IMG/VR virus record: IMGVR_UViG_3300021964_007043
Direction: 5' to 3' (one strand)
Source: a virus
DNA length: 64,000 bases
Numbering within the stretch: position 1 is the first letter of the stretch; every line of letters begins with the position of its first letter. This document shows, piece after piece, positions 41,310-51,056 of the stretch. The notes beneath the pieces were generated by a model that was not told the DNA's origin, searched no databases, and saw nothing but the letters and a program-made list of their open reading frames with translations. A program made the translations under genes and the position numbers.

Positions 41310-42479
41310 ATGGCTGACACATTTTGTATATTACCCTGGATGCATCTTGCTACAAATGCTGGAGGAACTCTTCGTGTTTGTTGTAATAGCACTCCTGGTA
41401 AAAACTTTATTGCAAAATCAGATGGCAAACCTTATAAACTACAAAGAGATGACTTAGTAGAAGCATGGAACAGTGAAACATATAAAAAAATAAGAACACA
41501 AATGCTTAACGGCGAGCGTCCTGAAATGTGTACACGGTGTTTTCGCGAGGAAGATGTAGGTATTAAAAGTTCTAGGCAAGCATGGAATGAAAAATGGAAA
41601 GAGGATATTAAGTATACAGTAGATGCACCTTTTGACATTAAATATGTGGACTTACGTTTAGGTAACTTGTGTAATCTAAAATGTCGTATGTGCAATCCTT
41701 ATTCGAGTAATCAATGGGTTAAAGAATGGCACCTAGTTGAAGAAAAGTTAAACAACGAAGAAGTAAAATGGTTGTCGAATATGGAATGGCCAGAACATCC
41801 AAAGACATGGGAAAATCTTTTTAGCATTGCTGATACTGTTGAAGAAATCTATTTAACAGGCGGCGAGCCTACTATTATTAAAGAACAACATAAACTTCTA
41901 GACTATTTTATAGATAACGATTCTGCAAAAAATATAAAGTTAAAATACAATACAAATCTTACTAATATTCCTAGACACTTATTAGACAAATGGAAAAAGT
42001 TTAAATCTATCCAACTAAACTGTAGTATAGATGCCATCGGCGAGTTAGATAGATATATACGATATCCAAGTGATTGGAAAACGATAGAGAAAAACTTTGA
42101 AATCATTAGAAGTTTAGATAATGCAAATATAGAAATACACTGTACAGTTCAGATGTATAATATATTAAGATTGCATGAGTTAATAGAATGGGCTAAACCA
42201 TATAACCATAGGATTTATTTTAATATTTTAAATCATCCTGAATATTTAAATATTAGATGTTTGCCTGATAGATTAAAAAAACAAGCAAAGGAAAAACTAA
42301 ACTCATATTTAGAAATTCCTAAAGTGCAAGGAATAATAGATTACATGTTTGCTGAAGATTGGTCTAGTAAGTTAAAAGATTTTGTGCATTACACTACTGA
42401 ACTAGATAAAAGTAGATCTCAATCAATATTAAATATTATTCCAGAGTTTGAAGATACTATAAAAGGAGAATCAACATGA
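41310..42479 (+). CDS. Radical SAM protein with N-terminal Twitch domain
   Basis: FCILPWMHLATNAGGTLRVCC...CTRC, then LCNLKCRMC, YLTGGEP. Confidence 0.9.
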   Translation: MADTFCILPWMHLATNAGGTLRVCCNSTPGKNFIAKSDGKPYKLQRDDLVEAWNSETYKKIRTQMLNGERPEMCTRCFREEDVGIKSSRQAWNEKWKEDIKYTVDAPFDIKYVDLRLGNLCNLKCRMCNPYSSNQWVKEWHLVEEKLNNEEVKWLSNMEWPEHPKTWENLFSIADTVEEIYLTGGEPTIIKEQHKLLDYFIDNDSAKNIKLKYNTNLTNIPRHLLDKWKKFKSIQLNCSIDAIGELDRYIRYPSDWKTIEKNFEIIRSLDNANIEIHCTVQMYNILRLHELIEWAKPYNHRIYFNILNHPEYLNIRCLPDRLKKQAKEKLNSYLEIPKVQGIIDYMFAEDWSSKLKDFVHYTTELDKSRSQSILNIIPEFEDTIKGEST

Positions 42480-44383
42480 AACTAGGTGTTGCTGTCTGGA
42501 ACACAAAAAGTTTAAAAAACCTAAATAGTTTAAGTGATGACATGTTTAGAGTTACTCACTTAGCAGCTTCTCATATTACTAGCGAAATTTATAAAACAAC
42601 TAATACACGATCTGAGTTACTTGAAAGCACTAATATAAATGATATGATATCAGACGTTGTAAAGTTAAACTTAGATTATGTTGTAGTATTTGCAAGTGGC
42701 ACAATAGTAAAAAGTGCACCAGAGATTGCTAGAGAAATTGTTAAGTATTGCAAATCTGTTAAAATAGATGTTGCTGGACATATTGTAGATATTGGTAGGA
42801 AAAATAAAGACATAATAGATCTTCAAAACTTATATGGCTTGCACGAACAGTTTTTTATTTTAGGACGCCATTTTTGCATGAATGCTTATCGAAGATTTAA
42901 AGTAAAAGAATCTTTCAAATACCAATCAAACAGATTTCCTGTTTGTGCAAGAAGTTCTGAAGATATACATGACGATTATACTCCTCTTTGGATTAAAAAA
43001 GGTAAAAAAAGAAAAAGAACTATAGTTAAAAAAGATTTTAATTTTTGTGTATTACATGACTTAATACAGTTTGCAGTTAACGAACAGTGTGTTATAAGGA
43101 ATATTCCAAAAGAAATAAGAAATCAAAAGTTTTACTCTTATCATTTAGAAGATAGTGAAAACAGTTTCCAAGAAAAGTTAAGAGGTAATAAAGATAGTTG
43201 TCATGCTGGACAACTAGACTTTTTTGAAAACTTTTCTCTTATGAGTAAGAGACAAGTATACATTTGTAATACAGAGCACATAGATACTTTACCAACAGGA
43301 AAAGATTTAATAGTTTCAGTTGCAAGTGGACAGTTGCCCTTAGAACTAATATACGAAAATCGAAAAACCTTAAAAAAATATATTTTTGTAGATATTAATA
43401 ATGAATCAGTAAACTTCTATAAACATATTATAAAAAATTGTAAAGATTATAACAGTTGGAAAGACTTAGTTGAAGATTTTTCTGACGAAGTTAAAAAAAG
43501 TAAAATTAGTGTTATAACAGATGAACATAATCTCATTCTCCAAAAAATAAAAGAAGTTGATTTATCTAAAATACAGTTTTCGTATTATAATGAGAATATT
43601 ATTTACTTAAACAAAACTATTAAAAAAGAACTAACAAACAGTAAAAATCCTTATGTTTGGTTTTCTAATGTTTTTTCCTATTTGCCTGAGTATAAACAAC
43701 TAAACGATATTGATAATCAAATATGTAATCTTTTAACAGAAATATTAAAATCAAACTATTCGACAGATTGGTTTGGATCAGGACCGCGGGGCCATATTGA
43801 TAGTTTACAAAATATACCAAAAGACGGATATAACTATTTTAGTGAAAATCCTTGGAGATTTCCTGTTGAAGTATTTCTAGAAGAAATAAAAAACTTAGAA
43901 GAACGTAATCTGTTCACACCTCATAGGGATAGCGAAAGCCATAAAGGTTGGAGTAGTTTTGTATTACACGGAATAGGTTACAATAAAACTTTAAGCTATG
44001 ATCAATATGGGTATGCTAATGATGCTGAAACACCTTATAAATGGACAGATGAAGCTATCGAAAATGTTCCTTCTATTGTTAGGTATTTTAAAGAAAGAAA
44101 AATAAAGAAAAAGTATTTTCGTGTTAGAATAATGAAACTAGATCCTGGAGGATTTATTGGTGTTCATTGTGACAATAAAAAATCTGATGTTTGGGCAACT
44201 AATATAAGTATTAATAATCCAAAAGGGTGTGAAATGCACTTTTGGACAAAGAACTTTGCTTACGCTGGCAAAGTTCCTTGGAAAGATAATATAAGTTATA
44301 ACATACGCATAGGTGATTATCATTGTGTATTTAATAATAGTGATCAAGTAAGATATCACATGATAGTTCATGGGGAAGATTAA
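42476..44383 (+). CDS. Multidomain protein with C-terminal AspH-like Fe(II)/2OG oxygenase domain
   Basis: C-terminal RIMKLDPGGFIGVHCD...YHCVFN...RYHMIV. The N-terminal ~440 aa are unassigned. Confidence 0.6.
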   Translation: MKLGVAVWNTKSLKNLNSLSDDMFRVTHLAASHITSEIYKTTNTRSELLESTNINDMISDVVKLNLDYVVVFASGTIVKSAPEIAREIVKYCKSVKIDVAGHIVDIGRKNKDIIDLQNLYGLHEQFFILGRHFCMNAYRRFKVKESFKYQSNRFPVCARSSEDIHDDYTPLWIKKGKKRKRTIVKKDFNFCVLHDLIQFAVNEQCVIRNIPKEIRNQKFYSYHLEDSENSFQEKLRGNKDSCHAGQLDFFENFSLMSKRQVYICNTEHIDTLPTGKDLIVSVASGQLPLELIYENRKTLKKYIFVDINNESVNFYKHIIKNCKDYNSWKDLVEDFSDEVKKSKISVITDEHNLILQKIKEVDLSKIQFSYYNENIIYLNKTIKKELTNSKNPYVWFSNVFSYLPEYKQLNDIDNQICNLLTEILKSNYSTDWFGSGPRGHIDSLQNIPKDGYNYFSENPWRFPVEVFLEEIKNLEERNLFTPHRDSESHKGWSSFVLHGIGYNKTLSYDQYGYANDAETPYKWTDEAIENVPSIVRYFKERKIKKKYFRVRIMKLDPGGFIGVHCDNKKSDVWATNISINNPKGCEMHFWTKNFAYAGKVPWKDNISYNIRIGDYHCVFNNSDQVRYHMIVHGED

Positions 44384-45081
44384 TGGGTTTAGTAGGAAAA
44401 AATATTGATTATGATTATGATATAGATTTTTTAAATGATTCTATACTAACTTTTGGTTGTAGTTTCACATCGGGACCGTTTTTGTGTGCCACTGAAAATA
44501 TACCGTGTTGGCCATTACATTTATCAAATATGGTAGATTGTAATGTAATAAACTTTGCTCAAGGCGGATCTTGTTTACTATACTCTATTCAACAACTTGA
44601 ATGGGTTCTGAACTCTGGTATAAAACCTAAGTTTGTCTTTTTTCAAATGACAAAATCACCTCGGGTGTCAATTATTCCTAAGCCAGAGCCACATTGCATA
44701 ATAAAAAAGTTTCCTAACTATTATCAAACAGGGACAGCTGATTTACTAACTAGTAATCCTAGTACTCTTAGAGATGGCCATTTTAAAGAATACTGGAAGC
44801 ATTTTATTATAAACAACACTCCTTTGTATGAAACAAATCTTAGAGCACAAGTAAGCTATTTAAAACAGCTAATGTCAAAAGTTAATGGTTTAATATTTTC
44901 TCAGATTCCTGATGATTTTTATAAAGGGGTTGCGGAGTTTGACGTGCAAAATAGAATATTTAAAGGCAAACCCGCATATCAATCACACTGCATCGATGAT
45001 GGAGGTCATTTGTCGTCGGGTGGGTTATTAAAGCAAGCTCGATTCTTAAAAATGAAACTTGACAAAAGAATAAAGTTGTAG
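44383..45081 (+). CDS. SGNH hydrolase/acyltransferase-like protein
   Basis: LTFGCSFTSG (block I), NFAQGGS (block II), DDGGHLS (DxxH). Confidence 0.6.
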   Translation: MGLVGKNIDYDYDIDFLNDSILTFGCSFTSGPFLCATENIPCWPLHLSNMVDCNVINFAQGGSCLLYSIQQLEWVLNSGIKPKFVFFQMTKSPRVSIIPKPEPHCIIKKFPNYYQTGTADLLTSNPSTLRDGHFKEYWKHFIINNTPLYETNLRAQVSYLKQLMSKVNGLIFSQIPDDFYKGVAEFDVQNRIFKGKPAYQSHCIDDGGHLSSGGLLKQARFLKMKLDKRIKL

Positions 45082-45087
45082 TACAAT
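45059..45087 (+). promoter_or_regulatory. Sigma70 promoter TTGACA-17-TACAAT, leaderless
   Basis: -35 at 45059-64, -10 at 45082-87. The ATG at 45093 is 5 nt downstream, no SD. Confidence 0.85.
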
Positions 45088-45092
45088 ATATT

Positions 45093-46208
45093 ATGAATGA
45101 AGATTTAAAATGGTCAAACTATGACTTTACCGAAATACCTTTTGACGACATTGTTCAAGTTGGACAACGTACTCTTCTTTATAGAGATTTGTTTACTGTT
45201 AGTTGGCTACTTGGTAGGTTTTGCAATTATCGTTGCAGCTATTGTTGGCCATACGCCCGTTCAGACAAAAAAGATCACAGACCAACAGAGCTTTGTTTAC
45301 GAACGATTGATGAAATAAAAAGACAAGCTCGTGATAATGGATTTAACAGTTTTCACTTTAGTCTTAGTGGCGGCGAACCTACTTTCCATCCAGGCTACTT
45401 AGATATTTTACAATACCTTGCCGAAGACGTACCAAATACTAACTATACTAGTGTTCATATGACATCAAACTGCTCACGCCCAATGAAGTGGTTTGAGCAA
45501 TATGTAGAAAGTGTAAAACCATTTCATAGAGCAAGTATTACAGCAAGTCTGCACACAGAACACTTAAATACTAGTGATAAGTTACAAGACTTTGCAGACA
45601 AACTAATACTATGTCAGGAGCATGATGTACAGGTTACAATTAATCAAGTTATGGTTCCAGAATGGTTTGAGCGTGATTGGGAAAACGCTCTTTTCTTCCA
45701 TGAGCAAGGAATCAATGTCACTCTCAAGCCTCAATCGGATCCGACTGCGTCAAGAGTGGTTGATGGATACACTGGGGATATGCTTGAGCGACTCTGGAAC
45801 GGTATGCCACAAAGAGCATACACGGAAAGTAAACGAAAATGGCAGGACCGCCCTAAGCCGAGCTTCCAAGTACCTAAAGGAATAATGGGTAAAAACGATG
45901 CTAGTGTCCCGTGGCACATGCAAGTTGAACTAAAAGACTCTAAAGGTAAAAGCTGGTATATGGACCAAGCAGAACGCTTTAATGCCTTTAATTTCAACAA
46001 TTTCGAAGGCTGGCGGTGTAACGCCGGTTTTAGCGGAATAATAATACGGGAGCCTGACGGTTCGGTAAAAAGGAGTTATTCTTGCCATGATGCACCCCTT
46101 GGTAACATCGAAACAGGGTTTACCTTGTTTAAAGAGCCAAAAACGTGTATTACAAAAAGTTGTGTAAGTTCAGCAGATTCAAAAATACCTAAAAGGAAAG
46201 TTATTTAA
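45093..46208 (+). CDS. Radical SAM protein with C-terminal Cys cluster
   Basis: FCNYRCSYC, LSGGEP, MTSN. C-terminal CNAG...SYSC...C....CVS. Confidence 0.9.
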   Translation: MNEDLKWSNYDFTEIPFDDIVQVGQRTLLYRDLFTVSWLLGRFCNYRCSYCWPYARSDKKDHRPTELCLRTIDEIKRQARDNGFNSFHFSLSGGEPTFHPGYLDILQYLAEDVPNTNYTSVHMTSNCSRPMKWFEQYVESVKPFHRASITASLHTEHLNTSDKLQDFADKLILCQEHDVQVTINQVMVPEWFERDWENALFFHEQGINVTLKPQSDPTASRVVDGYTGDMLERLWNGMPQRAYTESKRKWQDRPKPSFQVPKGIMGKNDASVPWHMQVELKDSKGKSWYMDQAERFNAFNFNNFEGWRCNAGFSGIIIREPDGSVKRSYSCHDAPLGNIETGFTLFKEPKTCITKSCVSSADSKIPKRKVI

Positions 46209-46218
46209 AGAGAAAGTA

Positions 46219-46938
46219 ATGGATTTATTAAGCAAATATGAACTAAGTTTTTTTGATAATCAAAAATGGTATAATAACTATAACAAGATTATAAACAAGC
46301 AGTTAGATGAAGTCTTTTCAGAATACACATATACAGATTGTTTAATACTTCGCGAAGTTTTTAATATTAATGTTAACCCTACAGTAGATAAAACAAAACA
46401 GGACGAAGATTTTGAAATACATTTTGATTATATAAAGCGTAGCATTAAAGAAAATACAAATACATACACATTTATAAAAAACTACAGTTTAGATTTATCT
46501 AAAGATACAGAAAAAGCATTAGAATATATTGATATTGAACTAGATAAAAATAGACACCAAGATGCATTTATAAGTGATACGTTATATATTCAAAGTACAA
46601 GAACAACTAAAAACTTAGACTTGAAAGATTTCCCTACATTCGCTGAAATAGTTGACGATTTAAAAATACAAGAAGCTAAAGTAAGATTCATGGTCCAGCC
46701 TCCCGGACATTTAGTTCCTACACACATTGATAACTTAAATCATAAAACTAATCATAAACGATTCGGAATAGCATGTAATGATTGGGAATACGGACAGTTT
46801 TGGCATTTTGGAAATACTATATGGGCAAACTGGAAATCTGGAGACTGTATTCAATGGCACAATCTTACACCACACGGAACAGGTAATGTAGGTCATAGTG
46901 ACAGATATACGTTACAGATTACCGGAGTTCCTTCTTAG
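46219..46938 (+). CDS. Fe(II)/2OG-type oxygenase (cupin) with N-terminal extension
   Basis: QPPGHLVPTHID...PHGTGN...RYTLQITG. Paralogous to 30855. Confidence 0.7.
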   Translation: MDLLSKYELSFFDNQKWYNNYNKIINKQLDEVFSEYTYTDCLILREVFNINVNPTVDKTKQDEDFEIHFDYIKRSIKENTNTYTFIKNYSLDLSKDTEKALEYIDIELDKNRHQDAFISDTLYIQSTRTTKNLDLKDFPTFAEIVDDLKIQEAKVRFMVQPPGHLVPTHIDNLNHKTNHKRFGIACNDWEYGQFWHFGNTIWANWKSGDCIQWHNLTPHGTGNVGHSDRYTLQITGVPS

Positions 46939-48947
46939 TCTACTATATCGAGTTTATAGTTCATTAACTTTCTATTTTTTCCATAAACAAGACACATTGC
47001 ATAATAATATCTATCCATTTTAACATTTAACTTTTTAAAATGTCGAATGTATGTGTTATTAAACTTTATTGTGTATTTTTTTGGTTTTGCAGAAATATAG
47101 TTTTTATCTTTTATTAACTTTTTCCAGTTATAGTTATATGTTTTTTGGAAATCTTCTACAGTGTCATATCCAACAATGTAATCCATGCTGAACTCAAAAA
47201 GTTCAGGTATCATATCAAAATAGCCGAACTCGTCTTGTATTATTTTCGGCCATTTTTTTGATATATGTTCTTTATGTTCTGCTATCCAGCTTTGTATTAC
47301 AACACTCATATCAAACCCTATAGTATCGTTGTATCCTGTTATAGTCACTTCAGCATATTCTTTTTCTTTCATGCTAAACTTTAAAGTTTGATTAAAAATA
47401 TCGTGATATATTTCTGCAAAAAGTGGATCTTTTTCTACTAAAAGTTCAAGAAATCTGTGTATGAATGTTTTATATGAAACACCGTTTTCATTATAAAAAT
47501 CGCTTAAAAACTTAAAAATACCTAGCTCAACTAATCCATTAAATATGTTTAACCAACTAAACATATTTGCCCATTCTCTTTCATCAAAACTATACGAACC
47601 TATAACCAGTTCGCTTTTGTCTTCCGTTTCACTCCATAAAGTATCAGCATATGCACTTTGATCATCGTGATCCATACCGTTGCAGGTAGCTAGATCGTAG
47701 CCGTTATAGCCTTGACCTGTTGTAATGTCTCTGCATATAACACCACTATATGCAGATGTAGTTTTAAACTGCATTTCTTTTCTGTATTTTGGATCTGCTG
47801 CTGGTGCATTTGGAAATAAACCTAAAATAAAGTTTTCAACCTCATAGCTAACTCCCATTTCATAAAGGTAAGTTACACTATCTTTTAATGTTTTTATAGT
47901 GTCGCCTGGCAATCCTATAATAAGTTGACTTTTTACAGGAACACCTCTTTCATGTAACATCTCTGCAATCTTTTTTTGGCGTTCTGCTGGTAAGTTACTT
48001 CTTTTAACATTAGCAAGCACAGTTTCATCTGTGCTTTGCATACTCATCATATGTCCACTGCTAACTGTTCCTTTATAAAAAATATCAGCAATTTCTACGA
48101 TCTGTTCTGTTTGATTTTTAGCAGTCTGATATAACACTCCTCTAGGATATCCGTATTCCTTTTTAGTATCGACAATAATCTTTGCTACTTCTATATCTCT
48201 TTTAAGTATTCCAAAGTTTGCGTCAGTAATAAAATATTTCCAGATTTTATTTTGACCAGACCATTCAATCTCTTTTTGTAAAATATCTACAGGACGTTGC
48301 CTGATTTTTGTATGTATACCTCCGCCCCAGTCGCAATATGTACAGCTATAAGGACAGCCTCTAGTAGTTTCAAACTGAAGTAGTGTTTTTAATCCTAACG
48401 ATGCGTTTTCTTCTACTACTTCAGACATATATTCTTTGTGGTCTAATAAAGGACTGTATTCCCAATCTCTGATCCACGGCAACGGAGGAGTTTTTATAAC
48501 TTTATCCTTGCCACGGTACACTATACCTCCAACGTCTCTCCAATCTTGATTTTTTACAAATCTATCTAATAACGCACTGAATGTTGCTTCCCCTTCTATC
48601 GGAACATATAAGTCAATAAGTTTTCCAAAGTTCTTTTTATTAGTTGTGTCAAACTCAGGACCGCCACATATTACAAAACAGTTAGGATTTCTTTTTTTAA
48701 TTTCTTCTGTAAGATATGTATTAATCTTACTATTCCACATATAGTTGCTTAAACCTAAAACATCAACTTTTACGTTTGACTTTAAAAAGTTTTCAATATC
48801 TACACTGTTTTTTAAAGGAGGTAACCAGTTTATTTTTTCTGGATATTTTCCTTTATGATCATGATAACTTTTAAGACAAGCCCACACTAAAGGTAAGTAC
48901 CTCATTCCACTTAAAGGAAAGGTAGGAACACTAATAAGAACATTCAT
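46935..48947 (-). CDS. B12-binding-domain radical SAM protein (class B-like)
   Basis: N-terminal Rossmann-like VLGLSNYMWN...VICGGPE, then FETTRGCPYSCTYCDWG and ITDANFG. Confidence 0.85.
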   Translation of the reverse strand: MNVLISVPTFPLSGMRYLPLVWACLKSYHDHKGKYPEKINWLPPLKNSVDIENFLKSNVKVDVLGLSNYMWNSKINTYLTEEIKKRNPNCFVICGGPEFDTTNKKNFGKLIDLYVPIEGEATFSALLDRFVKNQDWRDVGGIVYRGKDKVIKTPPLPWIRDWEYSPLLDHKEYMSEVVEENASLGLKTLLQFETTRGCPYSCTYCDWGGGIHTKIRQRPVDILQKEIEWSGQNKIWKYFITDANFGILKRDIEVAKIIVDTKKEYGYPRGVLYQTAKNQTEQIVEIADIFYKGTVSSGHMMSMQSTDETVLANVKRSNLPAERQKKIAEMLHERGVPVKSQLIIGLPGDTIKTLKDSVTYLYEMGVSYEVENFILGLFPNAPAADPKYRKEMQFKTTSAYSGVICRDITTGQGYNGYDLATCNGMDHDDQSAYADTLWSETEDKSELVIGSYSFDEREWANMFSWLNIFNGLVELGIFKFLSDFYNENGVSYKTFIHRFLELLVEKDPLFAEIYHDIFNQTLKFSMKEKEYAEVTITGYNDTIGFDMSVVIQSWIAEHKEHISKKWPKIIQDEFGYFDMIPELFEFSMDYIVGYDTVEDFQKTYNYNWKKLIKDKNYISAKPKKYTIKFNNTYIRHFKKLNVKMDRYYYAMCLVYGKNRKLMNYKLDIVD

Positions 48948-48952
48948 GTTTG

Positions 48953-48981
48953 TATTTATTGATACAAAAACTATGTAAATA
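48953..48981. promoter_or_regulatory. Back-to-back T4-late-like boxes (ATAAATA on -, GTAAATA on +), each 5 nt before an ATG
   Basis: Minus: ATAAATA(48959-53)-CAAAC-ATG(48947). Plus: GTAAATA(48975-81)-TAACT-ATG(48987). 39-bp intergenic region with no SD on either side. Confidence 0.65.
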
Positions 48982-48986
48982 TAACT

Positions 48987-51056
48987 ATGAGCGTAAATGT
49001 ATTGATCTCCCAGCCAAACCTTTATGACTCAAAAGTGTTTATGCCTTTGGTATTCCTCTGCCTTAAAACATATACTGATCTACAAGATGATATTGAACCG
49101 GTAAACTGGTTAGATCCTTTATTCCGGAATACTGATGTAGATACTATGTTAAATGGAGTAGACATTGAGTCGATAGATGTGCTAGGACTAAGTTGTTATG
49201 ATTGGAACTGGAGTCTTAACTTACAAATAGCAAAAAGGGTAAAGGATGCTAACCCTGGATGTTTAGTTGTAGCTGGAGGACCTCATCCCGATTGGAAAGA
49301 TCAAAGTATATTTTTAAAGCATCCTCAAATAGATGCTATTGTTTATAATGACGGCGAAAAACCGTTTGCAGATGTAATAAGATGTGTACAACAAGGAAAG
49401 TCATTAGATACTGTAAATAATTTAATACTGCCTCATACAAAAACTCCTGCGAGTTCTTTATTTAAAGATTTTGAAGTTAGTCCTTGGCTACAAAATAAAG
49501 AATGGATCTTAAAGTTTAAAGAAAAATACATAGACAATGGCCTTAACAAACAGTTTACATTATTATGGGAAACTGATAGGGGATGTCCTTTTAAATGTAG
49601 TTTTTGTGATTGGGGGAGTGCTACTAACAGTAAAGTAAGAAGATTTCCAGATGATAGAATAGCACAAGAAATAGATTTTTTTACAAACGATCTTAACGTC
49701 GATGTGTTGTATCACGTCGGAGCAAATCTAGGAATACTTCCTAGAGATTTAGATTTTGTTAGACATATATGTGAAAAGAAAAAAGAAACAGGGTATCCAA
49801 AAAGTTTTCAGTATAGTACAAGTAAAAATACACCCGAACGTACAGTTGAAATAGCAAAGTTACTATATGACGCAAAACTTTTAAAGAAGCATGTAGTTAG
49901 TTTACAGCATACAGTACAAGATGTTTTAGATTGTATTGATCGTTATAATATCCCAGTTAAAAGACAGATACCGATGATACAAGAACTAAACAAAAATAAA
50001 ATGCCTTGTATTAGTCAAATGATAATGGGAATGCCTGGCGATAGATATGAACTATGGATTAAAGCTCTTACAGATACTTTAGAATGGGGAATACATTATG
50101 AATGTAGGATATATGATTTTCAGTTGTTACCTAACTCTCCAGCAGCACAACCTGATTATATGGAAAAATGGAATATAGGAACTAGAACCAGATACCATTT
50201 TATAAATGGATATCATAAAATGCTTGAACAATCGCATGCATTAGATCCCCATTCGACAGAGTTTATAGTTAGCACAAGTACATATACATTAGATGACTGG
50301 CTGGAAATGAAAGTCTTTGGAAAAATTTTTATGGCTTTACATGGAGGAAGCATTTCGAAATGGGCAAGTATGTTTTGTAGAAATACCCTTGGAGTTTCTT
50401 ACTACGATTTTTATAAAGATATTTATGAAAACTTTTTTAAAAATAAAAAATACAAGTGTGCCTATTCTATTTTTGAAGAAGGATATTTACATTTTAAAAA
50501 CTTTCTACACGATGACAGTGCAACAGATGAAATAAAAATACCTGCATTAAAGAATGGAAGATATTATCAACTAGAAGAATATGTTTTATGGAATTGTTTA
50601 TACAACGAGGAATATAACTTGAATCAAGATTTTTGGAATGAGTTTGAAACATATATTTTAGAAACATATGAAGATCCGTTGTTAAAAGATTTAATAAACT
50701 TTAACAAAAATATGTTGCTTACATTAGACTATAACCATAGAAAAGGAAAAGAAATACTTTGCACTCACGATTGGTTTGAGTATTTAGAATATTGTACATG
50801 GAACTGTGCAGATAATACTGAAGAAGATTTTAATATTGAAGAAACACTAATACCAAAACCAAAAGAGTTTGATAGTCCTAAAGTCTGGCTTACAAAAGAT
50901 TGTAAACTAGGTGCATTTCCAATGGGCCCAAATCAGGACACTACATGGTCAAATAAAGAAGGCGAAGAAAAAATAACAATGTTTGTAAACAGCATATTGG
51001 CACCAACATATATGAGAGGAACAAGAACAGTGTTTAACAGGGGAAGCTATGTTTAA
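48987..51056 (+). CDS. B12-binding-domain radical SAM protein (class B-like), paralog of 46935
   Basis: VLGLSCYDWN...VVAGGPH, then WETDRGCPFKCSFCDWG. Confidence 0.85.
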   Translation: MSVNVLISQPNLYDSKVFMPLVFLCLKTYTDLQDDIEPVNWLDPLFRNTDVDTMLNGVDIESIDVLGLSCYDWNWSLNLQIAKRVKDANPGCLVVAGGPHPDWKDQSIFLKHPQIDAIVYNDGEKPFADVIRCVQQGKSLDTVNNLILPHTKTPASSLFKDFEVSPWLQNKEWILKFKEKYIDNGLNKQFTLLWETDRGCPFKCSFCDWGSATNSKVRRFPDDRIAQEIDFFTNDLNVDVLYHVGANLGILPRDLDFVRHICEKKKETGYPKSFQYSTSKNTPERTVEIAKLLYDAKLLKKHVVSLQHTVQDVLDCIDRYNIPVKRQIPMIQELNKNKMPCISQMIMGMPGDRYELWIKALTDTLEWGIHYECRIYDFQLLPNSPAAQPDYMEKWNIGTRTRYHFINGYHKMLEQSHALDPHSTEFIVSTSTYTLDDWLEMKVFGKIFMALHGGSISKWASMFCRNTLGVSYYDFYKDIYENFFKNKKYKCAYSIFEEGYLHFKNFLHDDSATDEIKIPALKNGRYYQLEEYVLWNCLYNEEYNLNQDFWNEFETYILETYEDPLLKDLINFNKNMLLTLDYNHRKGKEILCTHDWFEYLEYCTWNCADNTEEDFNIEETLIPKPKEFDSPKVWLTKDCKLGAFPMGPNQDTTWSNKEGEEKITMFVNSILAPTYMRGTRTVFNRGSYV

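Noticed and set aside
28441-46208. RiPP biosynthetic cluster (SPASM maturases plus precursor, e.g. the 75-aa ORF at 34402)
   Set aside because: No RRE/PqqD domain, peptidase or ABC exporter. Intergenic gaps are too small for hidden precursors. The 75-aa protein lacks a leader/core or repetitive Cys/Ser/aromatic pattern. Not excluded if precursors lie elsewhere.
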